Assembly (NCBI RefSeq): GCF_946463545.1
Contig: NZ_OX296583.1
Coordinates: 1,432,902-1,496,901 of the forward strand
Direction: 5' to 3'
DNA length: 64,000 bases
Source: Methanothermococcus thermolithotrophicus DSM 2095
GTDB lineage: Archaea; AGJL01; Methanococci; Methanococcales; Methanococcaceae
The position numbers and the translations under genes are program-made. Shown one piece after another: positions 53,370 through 63,232 of this stretch. The notes beneath the pieces were generated by a model, which worked only from the letters and a program-made list of their open reading frames with translations, was not told the origin of the DNA and ran no database searches. The number at the start of each line of letters is the position of its first letter. The stretch's first letter is position 1.

Positions 53370-53660
53370 TTAATCACTCGCTCGCTATTATTGTAGTTAA
53401 TCTCCAAACCTTTTAAAAAATCGAAGCAAATCACCAGCTTGTTAGTGAGCTACAAAAATTACGAAGTAATTTTTGTTTAATCAGAGCTCACGAAGTGAGC
53501 GTTATAAAACCTAACGGTTTTTAAAACCCTTAACAGGTTATGAAAATCATAATTTCAAAATCTCACTTTAGTTCGGAAATGTAGCAAAATGCGAAGCGAA
53601 GAGCTACAAAATCACTTCATGATTTTGTTCAATGCGAAGGTTTTCGTCTAATTTTAGGTA
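53370..53660. repeat. Array of GAA-triloop mini-hairpin repeat units (largest copy of the family)
   Basis: Units such as GAGCTACAAAAATTACgaaGTAATTTTTGTTTAATC, GCTCACgaaGTGAGC, AAAACCtaacGGTTTT, GTAGC...GCGAAGC...GCTAC and CAAAATCActtcaTGATTTTG. Confidence 0.7.
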
Positions 53661-54194
53661 ATACTTATGTGCATACCATTCGCAGAACGACTATATATTC
53701 ATCTATATCGACAACATTGCATATGTAATAATGAAAATTACTTTATATAATCGTAACATCCATGATGAGCTCAGGAACATTCGTAATAAAATTGCACATG
53801 CTGATGTTGGTGAATGGTAAATCGAACAATGCCATTGGAAAAACAGATGAGTATTACAAAAAAGTAAAAGAAACGCTGAATAAAAAAGAGTTGTTTGATT
53901 TGCCAAAACAGTTACCTATGGAAAAACTGGTAGAGCTGTATGGGATCCAAAAAAATGGTAATATCCAAAATGCCTACCAGTGTTTATCACCCATAATTGT
54001 AAAAAAATTATGTAGTATTTATGATCTGAATTCAAAAAAAACAGTATGATTGTAACTTAACAATTGAAAAATTTAAAAGTTTGTTTAACTTAAAATCCTC
54101 AATTTAAAAACTATAAACTGCAGGAAATTATATGAAATTCCTTCGGAATTTCATCGATTTCTTGCAGATATGTTAGAATTGCACCCCACCATAA

Positions 54195-55028
54195 TTATTC
54201 TGGTTTTTCCATTAACTCTTTTTTACTTAATATTTGTCCTTCTGGATGGTGTGGTTTTCTACTTACACCATCTGTTGATTTTTCTAACTCTCTTGCTTCA
54301 TCCACTAATTTAGCAGCATATCTTATCATTTCATGGGCAGATGCTACAATTGGGATGTATTTTTCCATCTCTTTTGTCATGAAGCATCCTTTAACGTCAA
54401 CATCTCCAACTTTTTCAGCCATAACAAATGCGGCCATTGCCTTTGCCTTTGCGTAAGGGTTGGTAAATTCCATAGCTTCAACAGCTTTTTGCTCGTTGAT
54501 AACTATTTTTGGTAATTCAATTTCTTTTTCTTCCTTAACAGCATTAATCATTTCATCAATCGCATTTTGTACAACCCTTAGAGCTCCGGTACCTGCCAAC
54601 ACTCTTATTACATCTGCGTTAAACATTGCCATTTCAACAGGGTCTAAAAATTGTCTTCTTGCACCAATCATTGGGTCGCATTTTATAATGATATACCCCA
54701 GCCCTTGTTCAGCAATTTCGTCCTTTGCCTTTAAACCTGGAGCATCACCGATAATTACTGCAGGAATATCTGAGCTACTTAAAATTTCTCTTGCTTTTTT
54801 TGGACCTGGTGCAGCTGGGTTTGGTCCTATGTAAACTATAAAATCTGGTTTTACTTCATTTACCATTTTTGTAGTTACTTCTTCCACTTGCTCTGGCCCC
54901 ATCTTTGCCCCACTGCTTAAAACTATAACATCTATATCTTTTCTATCTGCCCTCTCATCCAATGCTAAGTCCACAATTGGAGACATCCCGATATTCCCAC
55001 ACTTGATAATTCCTACTTTCACAACCAT
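54195..55028 (-). CDS. mtd: F420-dependent methylenetetrahydromethanopterin dehydrogenase
   Basis: Near-full-length match to Mtd (VVKVGIIKCGNIG...GPNPAAPGP...). ATG at 55028 is preceded by GGTGA. Confidence 0.9.
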   Translation of the reverse strand: MVVKVGIIKCGNIGMSPIVDLALDERADRKDIDVIVLSSGAKMGPEQVEEVTTKMVNEVKPDFIVYIGPNPAAPGPKKAREILSSSDIPAVIIGDAPGLKAKDEIAEQGLGYIIIKCDPMIGARRQFLDPVEMAMFNADVIRVLAGTGALRVVQNAIDEMINAVKEEKEIELPKIVINEQKAVEAMEFTNPYAKAKAMAAFVMAEKVGDVDVKGCFMTKEMEKYIPIVASAHEMIRYAAKLVDEARELEKSTDGVSRKPHHPEGQILSKKELMEKPE

Positions 55029-55133
55029 CGTATCACCTTTCTTCATATTAAAATTTTGTATAGTAGTAAATCATAATATTAAATATATATAATTTATTAT
55101 TTATACCAAATAAAAAATAATGTATCAATACCA

Positions 55134-56273
55134 CTATTCAAAATCGAACAACGGTGGCATTTTGTCATCAACCCCCGGCACATAATCAAAAGTATCTCTA
55201 AGTTTTAACTGCATTCTGTGGAATATATGTACAAGTGGAATTTCCATTGGACAGACGCCCTCACACTGTCCGCAGTTTATGCAACTTTGGGAAATATGGG
55301 ACAATCTAATCCCTTGGAACATTATTGGGTTTGGTGGGATTTTGCCTTTCTCATCAACATAGTCCTTCTCCAATTTACACTCCTCACAGAAACAGATTGG
55401 GCATACGTCTCTGCATCCATAACATTTAATACACCTATTCCAATATTCTTTCCATCTTTCAATATTTGGATATTCCTCTTCAAGTTGTTTCTTTTGGAAA
55501 CTTTTAGCGAGTTTAATCATGTTGTTTTCTATTTTTTCCCTAATTTCAATGCCTTTCTCAGATGGTTTTTTGGTTTTTATGTATCCCTCTTTTTCAGCAT
55601 CCTCAATGAGCTCCATTCCTTTCTCTGAACAAATCTCAACAAACGTCCATCCTGAGTCTGCCCCCCAATTCCCACATGCTAAATCCGCATTTCTCGGGAC
55701 TTTTAATTCACATCTTTGACAATTCTCCCTCCTTCCGAAGCCTTTTTCTTCCAACTCATGGATTTTTATTGCCTTATGTTCCCCATTCTTCAACTCAATG
55801 ATGAATTTTCCTTTATCAATTTCCTCCTTTACAACGTCCTTGGGATTTACTCCATAAAATAGTTCAATCATCTTCATTGCAGTTATTGGACTTATGGTCC
55901 CTCCACAGTTCAAACCAATCATATAAACATTATCCAAGTTAATTTGGTTTAACTTTGCTAATTCCCTTATTGCCATGGCATCACAAGGTTTAACAGAAAC
56001 GGCAATCTTTTTATCTGCTAAGTAGTTCTTTATCAAATTTCCAAAGTTCGTTGGAGCACAGTGCAGAGAACCTGCAGTTTCAATCAATTCTTCTGAGCTC
56101 GTTATGAACGCTGGGATTCCATCATAAATATCCTCCCCCCTCTTTAATGCCAAGACTCCATCAACAAGTTTTTTATCCAATAAATATTTAGACAGTGCGG
56201 TAACTGCCCCCCCACATTCTGCCTGTTTTAAGATTTCTTCATCAGTAGCTTGAATTAAAATGTATTTATCCAT
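55134..56273 (-). CDS. fdhB: F420-dependent formate dehydrogenase beta-subunit-like protein (FrhB/FdhB family)
   Basis: FrhB-like N-domain plus C-terminal 2x CxxCxxCxxxCP. Start MDKYILIQ at 56273 is preceded by GGTGG. Confidence 0.8.
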   Translation of the reverse strand: MDKYILIQATDEEILKQAECGGAVTALSKYLLDKKLVDGVLALKRGEDIYDGIPAFITSSEELIETAGSLHCAPTNFGNLIKNYLADKKIAVSVKPCDAMAIRELAKLNQINLDNVYMIGLNCGGTISPITAMKMIELFYGVNPKDVVKEEIDKGKFIIELKNGEHKAIKIHELEEKGFGRRENCQRCELKVPRNADLACGNWGADSGWTFVEICSEKGMELIEDAEKEGYIKTKKPSEKGIEIREKIENNMIKLAKSFQKKQLEEEYPNIERWKEYWNRCIKCYGCRDVCPICFCEECKLEKDYVDEKGKIPPNPIMFQGIRLSHISQSCINCGQCEGVCPMEIPLVHIFHRMQLKLRDTFDYVPGVDDKMPPLFDFE

Positions 56274-56331
56274 GATACCACCCTTTTGATGGGATTTTTC
56301 CCTTTCCATCATTTTTATCCGGAGATTAAAA

Positions 56332-57558
56332 TTAGAGATTCTTTTGGATGTCTTCAATTGAGTTGAATCCCAAATTAATTTCCATTTTCTCAGCAAGATT
56401 TTTTATTATTCTCCAATCCTCCAACGCATCCTCTGGTGGATTTACTGCTTTATTTATTTTTTGAGTTTTTCTCTCAGTATTGATGAATGTTCCCCCTTTT
56501 TCTGCCCAACATGCCGAAGGCAACACTACATCAGCAAGTTTTGCGGTTTCGCTCATTATAATGTCTTGAACAACCAAAAATTCAACATTTTTTAATGCTT
56601 CATTATCAATTAATGCTGGATTTTCACCCATGATGTAGAGGCATTTGACACTTTTTATTAAGTTTATTACCTCATCCTTATTTAACGCTGGAACACCCAC
56701 CATTGTTGCTCCAACGGTGTTGCAATGTTTTGCAATTGGCAATATTCTACTATTTGTTTTTTCTGCCAATTTATATGCTAAATCACATTCTTCCTCTTTC
56801 GTTAGGGCATTAAATATTATAATTGAGTTTTTTTCACTGAGCTTCTTTACTATTTCATCATTGGGATTGCTTAAAAATTCCGCAAAGTCATTAACCTTTA
56901 TAAACTCATCTGAATTTAATTTGGTTATTTCTTTCTCTACCCTATCAACAGTAATAACTTCAGCTCCTTTATCTTTTGCTTTAATTACTTTTCTTCCAAT
57001 TAGGGCATTCCACTCAAATACGTCCCCAAATATTAAAATAACTTCTGCATTCTCAATATCATCAATTGACGCAATTTCTTTATCCAAACTGACTTTTGGG
57101 GAGTTGCATATACAATGTCCAATATTTTCAACTCCAAGAGCTTCTGCAAACTTTTTTAATGCATAGTTGTCTTCATTTGTGCATTTTCCAGAAGCAATAA
57201 AACCAATATCTTTTGAGTCATGATTTTTTAGTTTATTTGCTATTAACTCTAAAGCCTCGTTCCAACTAACTTCAACAAACCCTCCATTTTTCTTAATTAA
57301 TGGTTTTTTTAATCTTTCTTCATGATTTATGATTTTATAACAATTTTTTCCGTCTAAACAGTTCTTTCCTTCATTTATTGGATGCCTTTTATATGGATAA
57401 GTTCCTACAACTTTTCCATTCTCAACAATCAAATCTATTCCACATCCAACACTACAACTTGGACATATTGCATGTACAATTTTCACCTTCTCACCCTTTA
57501 TTTTATGATACAACCTTTTGAGCTGGAATTTCCACGAGTGGGAAATTTTTGACTTCAA
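56332..57558 (-). CDS. fdhA: Formate dehydrogenase alpha-subunit-like molybdopterin oxidoreductase, short form (408 aa), Cys not Sec
   Basis: N-terminal CPSCSVGCG Fe-S motif and [11 protein letters not shown] are present. The position equivalent to the Sec/Cys ligand reads CICNSPKV. The protein ends ~270 aa short of canonical FdhA. Confidence 0.7.
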   Translation of the reverse strand: MKSKISHSWKFQLKRLYHKIKGEKVKIVHAICPSCSVGCGIDLIVENGKVVGTYPYKRHPINEGKNCLDGKNCYKIINHEERLKKPLIKKNGGFVEVSWNEALELIANKLKNHDSKDIGFIASGKCTNEDNYALKKFAEALGVENIGHCICNSPKVSLDKEIASIDDIENAEVILIFGDVFEWNALIGRKVIKAKDKGAEVITVDRVEKEITKLNSDEFIKVNDFAEFLSNPNDEIVKKLSEKNSIIIFNALTKEEECDLAYKLAEKTNSRILPIAKHCNTVGATMVGVPALNKDEVINLIKSVKCLYIMGENPALIDNEALKNVEFLVVQDIIMSETAKLADVVLPSACWAEKGGTFINTERKTQKINKAVNPPEDALEDWRIIKNLAEKMEINLGFNSIEDIQKNL

Positions 57559-57883
57559 TATGCATTTCTTTTGTTAGATTTATCATATTTACTAAAATTT
57601 GAAATAACTTATCTACTATTGATTGTGAGATATTCTCTGAAATATGATTGATACTTTCTTCAAACTCTACAATCCCTTCAACAACAAATGATGTTTGGAA
57701 TCCCCCCTCCATTTTTAAATTGCATATGTACTCAAATGAGTTTTTACTTATTTTTTTATATTCAATATCCCAATCCACATTTAATTCTAAGTTCGCATTT
57801 TTTGGATTTTCTGTTGGTCTTATCAATTTTAACTTTTTAATACCTATATTCATATTCATAATTATCACCATCTCCCTACGCAT
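57503..57883 (-). CDS. Hypothetical small protein upstream of fdhA-like gene
   Basis: ORF overlapping the fdhA-like start by 56 nt. Confidence 0.3.
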   Translation of the reverse strand: MRREMVIIMNMNIGIKKLKLIRPTENPKNANLELNVDWDIEYKKISKNSFEYICNLKMEGGFQTSFVVEGIVEFEESINHISENISQSIVDKLFQILVNMINLTKEMHIEVKNFPLVEIPAQKVVS

Positions 57884-58288
57884 GTATTAATAATAATTTT
57901 AATAATCGTATATAAAATTTACTATTTAATTTAAATTTTTAATATTATAATAATATAAAATTTTAAAAAGTATTACTAAATGAGTTGATACTTATTTTCC
58001 AATAAAATTTTAATAGACAGGGAAAAGTTATTGCGATAAATGAGGCGTTGAATTTGGACCGTAGGTAAAAAATCGTATAAACTAATTGCATATCTAAATA
58101 TATTTTAAAAATATTGAAATTAATTTATATATTGAAAAGTTTAAATTTGTCAAAAATGAAAAATATAATAGTTTGCGTTAAATATTGAAATATACTCCAA
58201 TAAATTTAAGAAAGATGGATTATTTTAAAATTTGAAGCATAAACATTTTACAATTATTCAAGAATTTCGAAACATATAAATATCAACT

Positions 58289-58335
58289 GCAACCGTAGGT
58301 TGCAGGGAAGTTGAATAATCGTAGATTATTCAACT
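58289..58335. repeat. Two adjacent perfect hairpins in the fdh/DUF89 divergent intergenic region
   Basis: GCAACCgtaGGTTGC and GTTGAATAATCgtaGATTATTCAAC. Confidence 0.6.
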
Positions 58336-58677
58336 AATTTTAATAAAATTCACAAAAAACAACTAAATATAAAACATATGTTGACAACTATTTCAATTTC
58401 TATAGCAAGTAATAATAAATATGTCCTAAACAATCAAAAATATAAACAATAGAAACCATATCATAAAAAATTATAAAAATAAAAAACAATAAACTCATAA
58501 ATATGTCCTAAACAATCAAAATAACCAAAACAACTGAATTGAGAAGCAAACTACTAACAAAAAGAAAAATAAAAATCTTATAGGATATTATAAGTATATT
58601 ATAAGCATCTATAAAGATATTTTATCAACTTCTTTATTGGATTAAAAATTTATCTATTACTGATTTATGGTGATATT

Positions 58678-59601
58678 TTGAAGATTAAACCAGAATGTGC
58701 AATATGTATTACAAGACAGGTTGTTGATGCTGCAAGAGAGATAACCGACGATGAAAGAGAACAACTTATGTTAATAAAATCCTGTTTAAATAAAATAGAA
58801 GAAGAATATCATGAAGATGCAGTTCCTGCATGGATGGGAACCGCAGTCCACAGATATTTAAAAAATATAAGCAAAAATGAAGACCCGTACCGTAAGTTAA
58901 AGGATTCTGCAAATAAACTTGCTCTTAAATACTTGGATAAGATCATGGAAAAAGTTGATATTGAGGATGACTTGGAAAGGTTAAAAATGAAAGTATTGGT
59001 AAGTATTGCAGGTAATGTAATTGACTTTGGACCATACAGTACAGGTATCGATATTGAAGAGAAAATAAAAAGTACACTTGAAGGTGAATTAAAGATAGAT
59101 CACAGTAAAGAGCTCTTAGAAGATTTGAAGAAATCAAAAAAAGTCTTTTATATTACTGATAACGCCGGGGAAATAGTTTTTGATAAACCGTTAATTGAAG
59201 AGATAAAAAAATACTGCGACGTAGTTATAGCAGTTAAAGGAAAGCCTATTTTAAACGATGCTACTTTAGAAGATGCCAAAGTTGCCGGATTGGATAAAGT
59301 AGCTAAAGTTATAACAAGTGGTACTGACGTCATAGGTACAAGATTTGAAGAATGTTCAGAAGAATTTTTAAAAGAATTTGAGAGCTCAGATATAGTCATA
59401 GCAAAAGGTATGGGTAACTATGAAAGTTTGACCGAGTACGAAGGTAAAATTAAACAACCAATATACTACATATTCAAGGCAAAATGTAGGCCAATTGCTG
59501 ATAGTCTTAAAAACCTTAAGTATTTAAAATCTTCTTCACTGAGCTCCAAAGATGTTGATGTGGACGACAACATACTTTTAAAGGGCAATGTATATTTATA
59601 A
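58678..59601 (+). CDS. DUF89/ARMT1-like metal-dependent phosphatase family protein
   Basis: CAICITRQ N-terminus and an ITDNAGEIVFD motif. TTG start with GGTGA ribosome-binding site. Confidence 0.65.
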   Translation: MKIKPECAICITRQVVDAAREITDDEREQLMLIKSCLNKIEEEYHEDAVPAWMGTAVHRYLKNISKNEDPYRKLKDSANKLALKYLDKIMEKVDIEDDLERLKMKVLVSIAGNVIDFGPYSTGIDIEEKIKSTLEGELKIDHSKELLEDLKKSKKVFYITDNAGEIVFDKPLIEEIKKYCDVVIAVKGKPILNDATLEDAKVAGLDKVAKVITSGTDVIGTRFEECSEEFLKEFESSDIVIAKGMGNYESLTEYEGKIKQPIYYIFKAKCRPIADSLKNLKYLKSSSLSSKDVDVDDNILLKGNVYL

Positions 59602-59683
59602 AATTATTAAAATAAATTAGAACGTTCTTTCTTTTGTCAAACAATCATATTATTTATATATTTTAAAATTAGTAGGTGGTATT

Positions 59684-60733
59684 TTGGTAACATACAAAGA
59701 CGCTGGTGTTGATATTTACAAGGAAGACAGAGTTATAAAAGCACTTATGTCCCAGATAAAGTTCCAGAGAACTGACGACATAAAACCTGCAGCAGATTTA
59801 AAAGGACATTATGCAGGAGCCATTGAATTTGGTGATTATTATTTAGTTTTATGTACCGATGGAGTAGGAAGTAAGATGATAGTGGCTGAAATGGCCAATA
59901 AATTTGATACTGTACCTATAGACATGATAGCAATGAATGTAAACGATGCCATTTGTATTGGGGCAGAACCTGTAGCACTTGTTGACTATATGGCTGTTGA
60001 AGATATAAACGAAGAAATAGCTGAGCAGATAGGTAGAGGTTTAGAAAGAGGAATAAGAGAATCCAATATAAATCTAATAGGCGGAGAAACTGCATCCCTT
60101 CCAAGCATGATTAAAGGAATTGATATTGCAGGTACTGTTTTAGCCATTGTAAAAAAGGACGAAATAGTAACTGGAGAAAAGGTAAAAAAAGGAGATGTAA
60201 TTGTAGGACTTAGAAGTAGCGGAATACACAGCAATGGATTATCCCTTGCAAGAAAGGTATTCTTTGAAATTGCAGGTATGGATATAAACACCGAGCTCTC
60301 CCATGGGAAAACTGTAGGTGAGGAGCTCCTAACTCCAACAAGAATTTATGTTAAACCTGTTTTAGAAATGATAAAAAAATTGGAAGTTAAAGGATTGGCT
60401 CACGTTACTGGAGGAGGATTTAGAAAATTAAAAAGATTGAACAAGAATGTATGCTATTTAATTGATAATCTTCCAGAAATTCCACCAGTATTCAAAGAGA
60501 TACAAAGGCTGGGCAATATTTCAGATGAAGAAATGTTCAAAACCTTTAACATGGGTATTGGTTTCTGCGTAATTGTGGATAAAGAAGATGCAGAAAAAGT
60601 CATTGAGATTTCAAACCAGTACAATATACCTGCCTTTGTTATTGGAAGAATTGAAGACCAGTACGATGGAGAAAAAATTACAGACGGTAAAGTTGTAGTT
60701 AAATACAAAGGCAAAGAAATGATAATGGAATAA
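59684..60733 (+). CDS. purM: Phosphoribosylformylglycinamidine cyclo-ligase (AIR synthetase)
   Basis: N-terminal YKDAGVDI and a PurM fold throughout. GGTGG ribosome-binding site. Confidence 0.9.
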   Translation: MVTYKDAGVDIYKEDRVIKALMSQIKFQRTDDIKPAADLKGHYAGAIEFGDYYLVLCTDGVGSKMIVAEMANKFDTVPIDMIAMNVNDAICIGAEPVALVDYMAVEDINEEIAEQIGRGLERGIRESNINLIGGETASLPSMIKGIDIAGTVLAIVKKDEIVTGEKVKKGDVIVGLRSSGIHSNGLSLARKVFFEIAGMDINTELSHGKTVGEELLTPTRIYVKPVLEMIKKLEVKGLAHVTGGGFRKLKRLNKNVCYLIDNLPEIPPVFKEIQRLGNISDEEMFKTFNMGIGFCVIVDKEDAEKVIEISNQYNIPAFVIGRIEDQYDGEKITDGKVVVKYKGKEMIME

Positions 60734-60755
60734 ATATTTCATAACAGGTGGAATT

Positions 60756-62426
60756 ATGCCAACAATAAACGTAAATAAAGCGGATCTTGAGAGATTAGTA
60801 AATATGTCATTATCGGATAGACTTATTGAAGATAAGTTTCCTATGATGGGCGTAGAGGTAGAGGACATATTTGAAGAGGAAGGGAATAAAATTGTTCAAT
60901 TTTCTATAAACCCAAACAGGCCAGATTATTTAAGTGTCGAAGGTCTTGCAAGGGGATTCAGAGGTTTCATGGGAATAGATACTGGTTTACCAAGGTATGA
61001 CGTATATGATTCTGACGTTGAGATCTTTGTTGAAGAAAACAAAACAAGACCATACATAGCATTTGCAATAGTTAAAAATGTTTTAATCGATGATGCTGTT
61101 TTAGAAAGTATCATTAACCTTCAAGAGAAGTTGCACTGGGCTATTGGAAGGGATAGAAAAAAACTTGCCATAGGGATACACGACTTTGACAAGGTTGAGG
61201 CCCCATTCTATTACAAGGAGATCAAAGGGGACGAATTAAAATTTGTTCCATTAGGGTATGAGGAAGAAATGACTCCTGAAGAGATATTGGAGAAACATGA
61301 GAAAGGAATAAAATATGCACACTTAATAAAAGACGATAGATATCCAATCATACTTGACAAGAATGGAAATGTCCTTTCAATGCCGCCAATAATAAACGGA
61401 AATCTAACAAAGGTCACTACCGAAACAAGAAACCTGTTAATTGATGTTACAGGTACAGAAAAAGAGGCTGTTGAAAATACATTAAACATCATAGTTACAG
61501 CTCTTGCAGAAAGAAGGGGAACAATATTTTCTGTAAAGATGAATTATATAAACAATAAATCAGAACCAGTCAAGTATCCAAATCTAAACCCTGAAATTAA
61601 AGAAGTCTCTCCTGAATTTATAAATAAAAAACTTGGATTGAATCTAAATATTGGAGAGATTATCAGCGCCTTTAAAAAAGCCAGACTGGATGCAAAGTTT
61701 GAAAATGGTAACATAAAAGTTGCAGTTCCAGCATACAGGGTTGATATGCTACATGAAGTCGATTTTGCTGAAGAAGTTGCCATAAACTATGGATATGAGA
61801 AATTTGCTGGAAAATTCCCTAAAGTTGCTACAATTGGGGAAAAGAACCCACTTGAAAAGAAATGCGACAACATAAGAAATATAATGACTGGACTTGGATT
61901 TTATGAAGTCATGAACTTGACATTATCCAACCAGGACATACTATTTAAAAACATGAGAATTGAAGTCGATGAAAATGAATACGTAGAAGTTTTAAAACCT
62001 GCATCAATAGAACATAGGGTTGTAAGGAGCTCAGTGATGCCTTTACTTTTAGAAACTTTGTTGATAAACAAACACAACGAGCTCCCTCAAAAAATATTCG
62101 AAGTTGGAGACTGTGTTATAATTGATGAAAATGAATCATCTGAAACAAAGTGTAAGAATATTAAGAAGGTGGCTTCAGCTGTTACACACCCAACAGCAAA
62201 CTTCAACGAGATAAAAAGCTACACAGAAGCGCTTTTAAGGGAGATAGGGATTGAATACGAGTTAGAGAACTACGAACATCCTTCATTCATAACCGGAAGA
62301 TGTGCTAAAATCGTAAATGTAAGTGATGGTAGAGTAGTAGGTTACTTTGGGGAACTACATCCTGAGGTCATTTTAAACTTTGGATTGGAGCATCCAGTTG
62401 TTGCATTTGAGATAGAAATAGAATAA
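60756..62426 (+). CDS. pheT: Phenylalanine--tRNA ligase beta subunit (archaeal type)
   Basis: 556 aa. Begins MPTINVNKADLERL with a B3/B4 domain pattern. Conserved C-terminal catalytic-like domain. Confidence 0.9.
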   Translation: MPTINVNKADLERLVNMSLSDRLIEDKFPMMGVEVEDIFEEEGNKIVQFSINPNRPDYLSVEGLARGFRGFMGIDTGLPRYDVYDSDVEIFVEENKTRPYIAFAIVKNVLIDDAVLESIINLQEKLHWAIGRDRKKLAIGIHDFDKVEAPFYYKEIKGDELKFVPLGYEEEMTPEEILEKHEKGIKYAHLIKDDRYPIILDKNGNVLSMPPIINGNLTKVTTETRNLLIDVTGTEKEAVENTLNIIVTALAERRGTIFSVKMNYINNKSEPVKYPNLNPEIKEVSPEFINKKLGLNLNIGEIISAFKKARLDAKFENGNIKVAVPAYRVDMLHEVDFAEEVAINYGYEKFAGKFPKVATIGEKNPLEKKCDNIRNIMTGLGFYEVMNLTLSNQDILFKNMRIEVDENEYVEVLKPASIEHRVVRSSVMPLLLETLLINKHNELPQKIFEVGDCVIIDENESSETKCKNIKKVASAVTHPTANFNEIKSYTEALLREIGIEYELENYEHPSFITGRCAKIVNVSDGRVVGYFGELHPEVILNFGLEHPVVAFEIEIE

Positions 62427-62816
62427 TAGTTTATTTTTTTAAATTTTTTATCTATCTTTAATAGTCTTCATTATTTTTTAATTTTATTTGTTTATTGTTT
62501 TTATTTTTCAAATACAAGCATAGATTACCAATCTCGAACCGATCACGTTTTATGATTGTTGTATATATTTAGATTTAATAATTTATAAAGATATTGTTTA
62601 GTCATGGTGTTAGAGACGGTTTTATCATGTTTTCCTTACAAATATTGTTTATTTTTTTGTTTATGCAACTGCATGTTCTTTATTTTAGAAAATAAAACCA
62701 ATTATCAAGTCGCACGTCTTTATATATGGAGCTCCAGATCATAGGTTCGAGATAAAAAGTTTTAAATAATGGAAGATACAACCTTCTTTATAGGGAAATA
62801 AGGAAAATTCTTAACT

Positions 62817-63054
62817 GTTAAAATCAGACCATTGTGGGATGGAAATCTTTTTGTGTTCTCTCATTTAGTTCTTCCTTAGATTTTTTACGTTAAAATCAGA
62901 CCATTGTGGGATGGAAATGAAATAAAATCTGACATTTTTTTTACCTCCTTTATTTGTTAAAATAAGACCATTGTGGGATGGAAATTTTGCAGTCGATAAA
63001 TGTAATGGTGAAAGGGGAATTTCTGTTAAAATCAGACCATAGTAGGAAAATAGA
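62817..63054 (+). CRISPR. Mini CRISPR array with 4 repeats (3 spacers), repeat GTTAAAATCAGACCATTGTGGGATGGAAAT
   Basis: Repeats at 62817-46, 62889-918, 62956-85 (1 mismatch) and 63025-54 (degenerate terminal). Spacers are 42, 37 and 39 nt. An AT-rich leader lies at 62430-62816. No cas genes are in the window. Confidence 0.8.
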
Positions 63055-63060
63055 AATATA

Positions 63061-63232
63061 CCTACTCAACGAAGTTGAGTAGGTATCAGATTTGGGGATC
63101 CAACACCTCTCGACGAAAACCTGAAAGGTTTTCGTGAGTCTCGACAAAAATTCAAAGAATTTTTGTGAGTCAGCGAATCCTTTGGATTCGCTTCGACAGC
63201 AAATCGAAGATTTGCTTCGATTTATAAAGGGG
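63061..63232. repeat. Multi-hairpin repeat element immediately 3' of the CRISPR array
   Basis: CCTACTCAACgaaGTTGAGTAGG, CGAAAACCTgaaAGGTTTTCG, ACAAAAATTCaaaGAATTTTTGT, GCGAATCCtttGGATTCGC and GCAAATCgaaGATTTGC, separated by TCGAC/GTGAGTC flanks. Confidence 0.7.

Noticed and set aside
56332-57558. Possibility that the short FdhA-like ORF is an artefact of an in-frame TGA selenocysteine codon
   Set aside because: The ORF runs from the N-terminal Fe-S motif through the ligand position, which encodes Cys (CICNSP), and ends at a TAA. No TGA readthrough is needed.
62524-62752. Imperfect inverted repeat TCTCGAACCGATC ... GATCatAGGTTCGAGA flanking ~200 bp in the CRISPR leader
   Set aside because: It is a single imperfect pair with nothing coding between. 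I cannot distinguish it from chance in AT-rich DNA.
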